DNA of 55,566 nucleotides, counting the filler, from Trypethelium eluteriae (Eukaryota), in the NCBI GenBank assembly GCA_051942245.1. It is 2 parts of 2 records of this genome, joined end to end, with 100 filler letters (N's around TTAATTAATTAA, not from the genome) between each part and the next. Parts side by side here need not be neighbours in the genome. Positions count along the whole stretch, not along the records: positions 27,836 to 55,566 come from JAVECL010000325.1; 1 more part is not named here. The stretch is one strand, 5' to 3'. The position numbers and the translations under genes were made by a program. Below the pieces are notes generated by a model, which saw only the letters and a program-made list of their open reading frames with translations, searched no databases and was not told where the DNA came from. Below are positions 48,970 to 55,566 of the stretch, piece by piece. How positions within the stretch are numbered: the stretch's first letter is position 1; each line of letters opens with the position of its first letter.

Positions 48970-49515
48970 GGGAAGCTCTGATATGACGAGTGGGCTTTGC
49001 TTGGGCTGCATGAGGGATGGCAAAGGCCTACCGGATTAGGATGATACTGAGGCCGATCAACGGCTTGATAGTATTGGGGTTAGCATAGCAAATAGCAAAC
49101 AGTAATCATCTTCACAAAAAACCGTGCTTCAATATCATGCCAAAGGGAATCCCAAAAAAGAAAAAAAGTCTAAGCTTGTAGACAGCTGCCTCAACCGCTC
49201 TACAATGTTTACCCAACTACCTAGGCAGATAAACTTCGTGTGCGAGCACATTTGATATTATAAAAATACCCATGTCACATACCCATGCGTACCGAAGGCG
49301 CCAATCATATACACATAGACCTAAACGTCGGCCCAAAATGCTTCTGTCCAATCCGTGGTATATAACGCCCAAAAGGTCCATGCCTTGAATCCATTAATCA
49401 AAAAATGGTATCCTCGTCTAATCATATCCCCATAACCAGTGACCTACTCGATATACACTTTCTCGTCATGTCTTGTGCTTATCCCAATGTCCTTCCCTCA
49501 TTACTCTTCCCTCAA

Positions 49516-51009
49516 TTACTTTGGAGAGGCCCCACTCTTTACCATCGCCGCCTCCTTCCGCTTCGCAAGCAGGCTCTTCAAGGCACCGAGCCAGCGGGCG
49601 AGTGAGTCCTCATCCTGAGCACAAAATCGGTAGTTGCGATCTTCAGCAATGATCTGCATGCAAAACGGATGCCGTCGGGAAATAGGGTCCAGGTCGACAG
49701 CGTCGATGATGGAAGAGAAGGGGAGAATGAGCGTGGCGGAATACTCCTGTAAGGAACATATTAGTTTCTGCCCTACAAACGATAAGTAAGGCTAATCCGA
49801 GCCTACCTCTTCGTTCTTGTAGAAAGCAATGTTTTTGGGACGAAGAACCACCCAAGCCTTCTTCCACTGTCGCATCCCCCTCGTGGACTTCAAGAGGTGT
49901 AGCCATCCTTGGCAAACCACACGCTCTGCATCATCCGTGGAACCGCCGACACCGCTCATCTGACTCGCATTCCGCCGCATAACTGGCGCACTTCCCGCAT
50001 AGATAGCAGGAATAGGCTGTTGTGGGCCCTTGGTCCCAGTATGATCCCCTGACGGCAGTGAGAGGGCCGAGTTTTGCATTCCCACGATACCTGCGTCCGA
50101 GAAATCCGAGTACGAGCCCATCTCCGGCCCAGAATATTCCACATGCGACGTCCGCTTTCCTTGCTGTTGCTGCTGGTGCACGGCCTGCGCGCTTGCGGAC
50201 TTTGCATCCCTCCCACGCTTCGGGACATGCAACCCCCTCGGCGCTGAGACCTCTGCTTCGGACGAACTATACCCTCCTCCTCCTGCTGCTGCTGCTGCAT
50301 CCCCCAGCATCTCCTCACCCAACCGCACCGCTCCCCCCTCACCATTCCGTCCCAACAAGTCCTCCCTCTTCCTCTCGAGCAGCCCCTCGTCCTCCCTCTC
50401 TCGATCTCCCGGACTCGTCAAGAACATCTCTTCCTCCTCCTCATCGATGCGCGCCTCGCGCCGAATCAGCTCGACCCACTCCTGCGCTTCTCGGTCTGAC
50501 GAGGCGGAGAAGTGGAAGTTGCGGCTTGGGGAGAAGACGCCGAAGACGTGGGCGGCCTTCCCTCGGGGATCGCGCTGGCGGGCGATGGCGGTGACGTCGG
50601 AGAGGCGGAGCTGGTGCCGGAGTCGGGATTCATTGGCGTCCTTGTAGATGGAGAGGTGGTGGGGGCGGAGGACGAGGTGGATGGGGCCCCAGGACTGGAT
50701 TCACGTGCGTCAGGTTAGTGTATGTGGATCTCTTGGCGCGTGATTGGGGAGTTGTTAATGGGAATGGGGTATTACCTTAGTCTTTCGTGTGCGCTTGAGG
50801 ACTTGGCCGGATTTGATGACGCGATCGAAGTCGAAACAGCCGTCTTGGCTAACGGGAGAGAAGGTGCCGAGATTCATATGGCCGTGCTTGAGAGATTGGA
50901 TAGATGAAGGCATGGGGACTGATGTGGGAGGAGCGACTCTCAATGCATGTAATGGAATATCCCGCGCTCTTGATGGAGTTTGGAATGATGGCTGAGAGAC
51001 GTCGGCCAT
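49516..51009 (-). CDS. Tandem PH-domain protein (Opy1-like), 3 exons
   Basis: PH1 VIKSGQVLKRTRKTK/SWGPIHLVLRPHHLSIYK...HVFGVFSPSRNFHF...WVELIR; PH2 CQGWLHLLKS..GMRQWKKAWVVLRP...YRFCAQDEDSLARWLGALK. Confidence 0.82.
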
Positions 51010-51609
51010 ATTTGCTGTTCCAAAGGGATGGTTTCAAGGAGTGAGTGTAACGGACGATCAGAATCGGGTCATGGGTGCTACGGAGGAGTGGCTGCTGTTT
51101 TTAAGAGACCGACTTGGGTGAAAACGATTACGACATATACAAATGGCAAGAACATGTGTGGGTGCGAAAAGAGAGCAAGAAGATTTCGAGTCGAGCTTTA
51201 CCAAGTGGCCATGCTAGAATGTGATGGGGCGAAGATGCTGCAGGAACGGACGATGACGCTTCGGCTAGAATTAGGAGGTGCGGGGACGGAGCAAGGGAAA
51301 ACAGGGGCCAGTAAGAGAAATACTCCGTGCGAGGCAGAAATGGTCGGGCATTCTTCGTTTTGTGTTTGACTAGGGGACAAAAGCGCCTAGTAATGCTGCA
51401 AGATGCTGGAGGGATGCTGACCTACGCAAGCCACCAGATCTTCCCGTGCCGCTTTCACACAACAAAGAACCTTATCCGCACATTCCAACGTCCAAAAATA
51501 CCTGAACAGTCGTATTTGCCCCTAGCAAACTGATCCTACAGAGACAGGCACCGAAACGTTATGATCCACAGCAAACTCCAGGTCACAACGACGTCATACC
51601 TTCACCACC

Positions 51610-54600
51610 ATGCCTGTTGTTAATCCCGAGAAACTCGTTGCGCTGCAGCGACAGGCCGATGATATCAGGAATGTGCGTTGTAATTCATAATACACGTATG
51701 CATGTAGGATCACTGATCCATTTCACGCTCCCAGATCTGCATCCTCGCCCACGTCGACCATGGCAAAACCTCTCTCACCGACGCTCTCATCGCCACCAAC
51801 GGCATCATCTCTCCCAAACTCGCCGGCAAAATTCGCTACCTGGACTCCCGCCCAGACGAGCAGACGCGAGGCATCACCATGGAATCTTCCGCTATTTCCC
51901 TCTACTTCTCACTGCTCCGACGCGCGGCTCCTGACGACGCAGCGCCCAAGCAGAAAGAATACCTGATCAATCTGATCGACTCTCCCGGTCACATCGACTT
52001 CAGCAGTGAAGTCTCTACCGCCTCGCGGCTGTGTGATGGCGCTGTTGTGCTAGTGGACGCGGTAGAAGGCGTGTGTAGCCAGACGGTAACGGTACTGCGG
52101 CAGACGTGGATCGAGCGAATGAAGCCGATACTCGTGATCAACAAAATGGATCGGTTGATTACAGAGCTGAGAATGAGTGCTGCCGAGGCAAATACGCATC
52201 TGAGTAAGTTGCTGGAGCAGGTGAACGCAGTGATGGGGAGTTTCTTCCAAGGTGAGCGGATGGAGGAGGATCTGAGGTGGCGGGAGAGGATTGATGAGCG
52301 CGTAACCGCTACCAGTGCGAAGACGCAAGAGCGTTCTGCACCGTCAAATGGCAGCACTGCTGACGTTGATGATGGCATCGCCACCACGGTATCTGATGCA
52401 GGATACGAAGAGAAAGACGATGAGGATATCTACTTTGCCCCTGAAAAGAACAATGTCATCTTCAGCAGTGCTATCGATGGCTGGGCCTTTACCATTAAGC
52501 AATTTGCGGGCTTGTGGGAGAAGAAGCTTGGCATCAAGCGTGCAATACTAGAGAAGGTCCTTTGGGGCGACTTCTACCTGGATCCTAAGACGAAACGAGT
52601 GCTTAGCTCAAAGCACCTTAAAGGTAGGAATTTAAAACCGATGTTTGTTCAGCTAGTGCTCGACAACATCTGGGCCGTATACGAAGCCACGACAGGTGGT
52701 AATAAAGGCAAGGGGTGCGTGGACTCTCTCTTCCTCTCTGTTAGATCCAGTGTACAATATCATCAAAGCAATAGAACGATGCTTATAATTCTTCTCTTTG
52801 TTGTAGTGATCCCACAATGATCGAAAAGATCACCAAATCACTATCCATAAACCTCCCATCCCACGTCCTTCGCTCAAGAGATCCTCGCGCCATTCTCACC
52901 ACCTTGTTCGCAGCCTGGCTTCCTCTGTCAACAGCATTATTAGTCTCGGTGATCGAACATCTCCCATCCCCGCCCGTATCTCAAGCCGCCCGGATGTCGG
53001 ACATCATCGCTTCGTCGCCCGGAGCTACTCATGTTTCTCCTGACGTCCTCAACGCGATGACCAAATTCCAGACCAAGGCCGATGCCCCTATGGTCGCCTA
53101 CGTCAGCAAAATGGTCGCCATCCCACAAAGCCAACTTCCACAAAACAAACGACGCACCGGTGGCACCATGAGTGCTGAAGAAGCTCGAGAATTGGCGCGA
53201 AAGAAACGCGCAGAGTTTGCCAAAGCTCAAGCGGTTGCTGACGGAGACGACAGCGACATGAGTAGCGTTGCTGACGTCTTAGGTGGCACTACAATCAGTG
53301 ATCAAAGCGGCGTAAAAGAAGAAGCCGAGGAAGAGCAGAAGCCGGATCCAGAGCATCTAATTGGATTTGCCCGATTATACTCAGGGACCCTGAGCGTGGG
53401 GGATGAAGTTTACGTGCTGCCGCCGAAGTTTTCGCCTGCAAATCCACACGCGCATCCGGAGCCGCAGAAGGTTACCGTGACGGCGCTATATCTATTGATG
53501 GGACGGGAGCTCGAGTCGCTTCCGTCTGTTCCAGCAGGCGTCGTCTTTGGAGTGGCGGGGCTCGAAGGCCATATTCTGAAGTCGGGCACGCTTTGTAGCC
53601 AATTGGAAGGGAGTGTCAACCTTGCGGGTGTCAATCTGGGCAGTCAACCTATCGTTCGCGTCGCACTGGAACCGGAGAACCCAAGCGAGCTGGACAGAAT
53701 GGTAAAGGGTCTGAGACTGCTGGAGCAGAGTGATCCTTGTGCGGAGTATGAAGTACTGGAAAGTGGGGAGCATGTTATCTTGACGGCTGGTGAGCTACAT
53801 CTCGAGAGGTGTTTGAAAGACTTAAGAGAACGGTTTGCCAGGTGCGAGATCCAAGCTGGCGAGCCAATTGTACCGTATCGAGAAAGCATCGTCAGTGCTG
53901 CTGAGATGAATCCTCCAAAAGAGAAGGACCTGCCTCGCGGCACCGTAGTGGGAACAACCACCTCAAAGCAGGTCACTGTGCGAATACGAGTGCATCCACT
54001 GCCTACACCAGTGACAGAGTTTCTGAGCAAAAATACCACTGCAATCAAGACGTTATATGCCGAACGAAAAGCAGAAGAGGAAGGTGTACGCGGTACTGAT
54101 ACTCCACTTGATGTTCCTCAAGACCAAATTGCAGAGCGTGACGGTCTTGAAGGTGCTGGTATTGCTGACACAGGAAATGTGCTCTCCTTAGCTGACTTCA
54201 AGGCGCAACTAAAACTTGCATTTTTAGAAGCAAAACAGGAGGCCGATTTATGGAAAGATGTGGTCGAAAAGATATCTGCATTCGGACCACGAAGAACTGG
54301 GCCCAACCTATTTATCGATGCGACTCATCAAGAGATTTGCAACAAATTGTATGGTCAAAATATTCTCTCTACCCTCGCTATGAACGCAGACTTAATATTT
54401 TTGCAGTCTAAGAGAAGAAAACGACCAGGAGGTTTCTACCGATGGACAGGTCACACACATCTCTGCGGACACTGTTACAGCGAGAGACTTTTCCGACAAG
54501 ATATCGTATGCCTTTCAACTGGCAACGGCGCAAGGGCCCCTCTGTAATGAACCTATGCAAGGCGTCGCAGTCTTTCTCGAGGATGTCACGGTATCGGTGC

Positions 54601-55185
54601 CATCGGATGAAGACAGTCGTGCGCGCGAAAAGCTCGGCCGGCTCACGGGAGAAGTCATCCGCACAGCAAGAGAATCAATCCGTCAAGGCTTCCTAGACTG
54701 GAGTCCGCGAATGCTGCTTGCAATGTACAGCTGCGAGATACAAGCATCGAGTGAGTACATCGTAAGCGCTCTGATCGTGATACCAAGCTGACAACCTTGT
54801 AGCTGAAGTACTTGGCCGTGTCTATGGAGTCATCACGCGTCGACGAGGAAGAATATTGTCAGAGGCCATGAACGAGGGAACGCCCTTCTTTACCATTGTC
54901 TCACTCCTCCCCGTAGCGGAATCTTTCGGCTTCAGTGACGAGATCCGCAAACGCACGTCGGGTGCTGCTAGTCCGCAGCTCATTTTCCAGGGATTTGAGA
55001 TGTTGGATGAGGATCCATTCTGGGTGCCTTTTACTGAAGAGGAGCTGGAAGATCTTGGAGAGCTGGCAGATAAGGAGAATGTGGCAAAGAGGTACATGGA
55101 AGGGGTGCGGAGGAGGAAGGGTTTGTTTATTGCAGGGAAGAAATTAGTAGAGAATGCGGAGAAGCAAAAGACGATGAAGCGATGA
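51610..55185 (+). CDS. RIA1: Ribosome biogenesis GTPase EFL1/RIA1 (EF-2-like), 5 exons
   Basis: [99 protein letters not shown]-terminus. Confidence 0.96.
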
Positions 55186-55566
55186 AAACAAACAATTGGG
55201 TCCGTGCAGACATAGATACCTAAGGTACCTACTTAATAAGTACCGTTGCTGTTTTACGATACACACACCTTAGGTACCTATAGGTATGTGCCTGCATGTG
55301 CTTCCGGTTGGCACTTCTGAAGGTTGTGCAAAGTGCACGTGTCGGATGAGATTATGATTGATGTGGAAGCCGTGAGGTGGTCAGTTGCAGGGAAAGAAAG
55401 TGGAAGCGGCGATGGGTGCGAGGGCGGGAACGTCGAAATTAGACCGACCGGGGAGTGACAAGCGAATCACTTAATCTCTTAGCGTTAGTTTCACCCGGAT
55501 TCCAAGTCCAAGAGCCATCGAGTAGCGAGCCCCCGGTCACAAAAGTTCCCCCATCTCCTCCGACTC

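Overview
Eukaryotic, intron-containing DNA from a filamentous ascomycete (Pezizomycotina, probably a Dothideomycete; the taxon is inferred, not shown). About two thirds is dense housekeeping sequence, often in head-to-head pairs: eIF2B-epsilon (partial), an Ariadne/HEL1 RBR E3 ligase, an orphan P450, an EMP47-type lectin, PHB2, a PhzF-family enzyme, an FMO1-like monooxygenase, a Upc2-like Zn2Cys6 factor, Mis14/Nsl1, ubiquitin-S31, an Ace2/Swi5-like C2H2 factor, AUR1, TPS2, a PLAC8 protein (cut by a 100-nt scaffold gap), a putative mitochondrial protein, CAND1, a tandem-PH protein and EFL1/RIA1. An accessory stretch of about 14 kb (29.0-43.2 kb) carries a cluster resembling nonself-recognition/immunity genes. 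It holds a HET-domain gene with WW-like modules, an intact NACHT-like protein lacking its Walker A, a divergently transcribed ZZ-finger AAA+ ATPase and a probable RCC1-repeat relic. The HET and AAA genes each contain one in-frame stop in otherwise intact frames. Two regulatory oddities also stand out: overlapping splice signals in the Ace2-like gene and a possible non-AUG, NLS-bearing extension of the HEL1-like gene. All exon boundaries were read by eye and no database searches were run.
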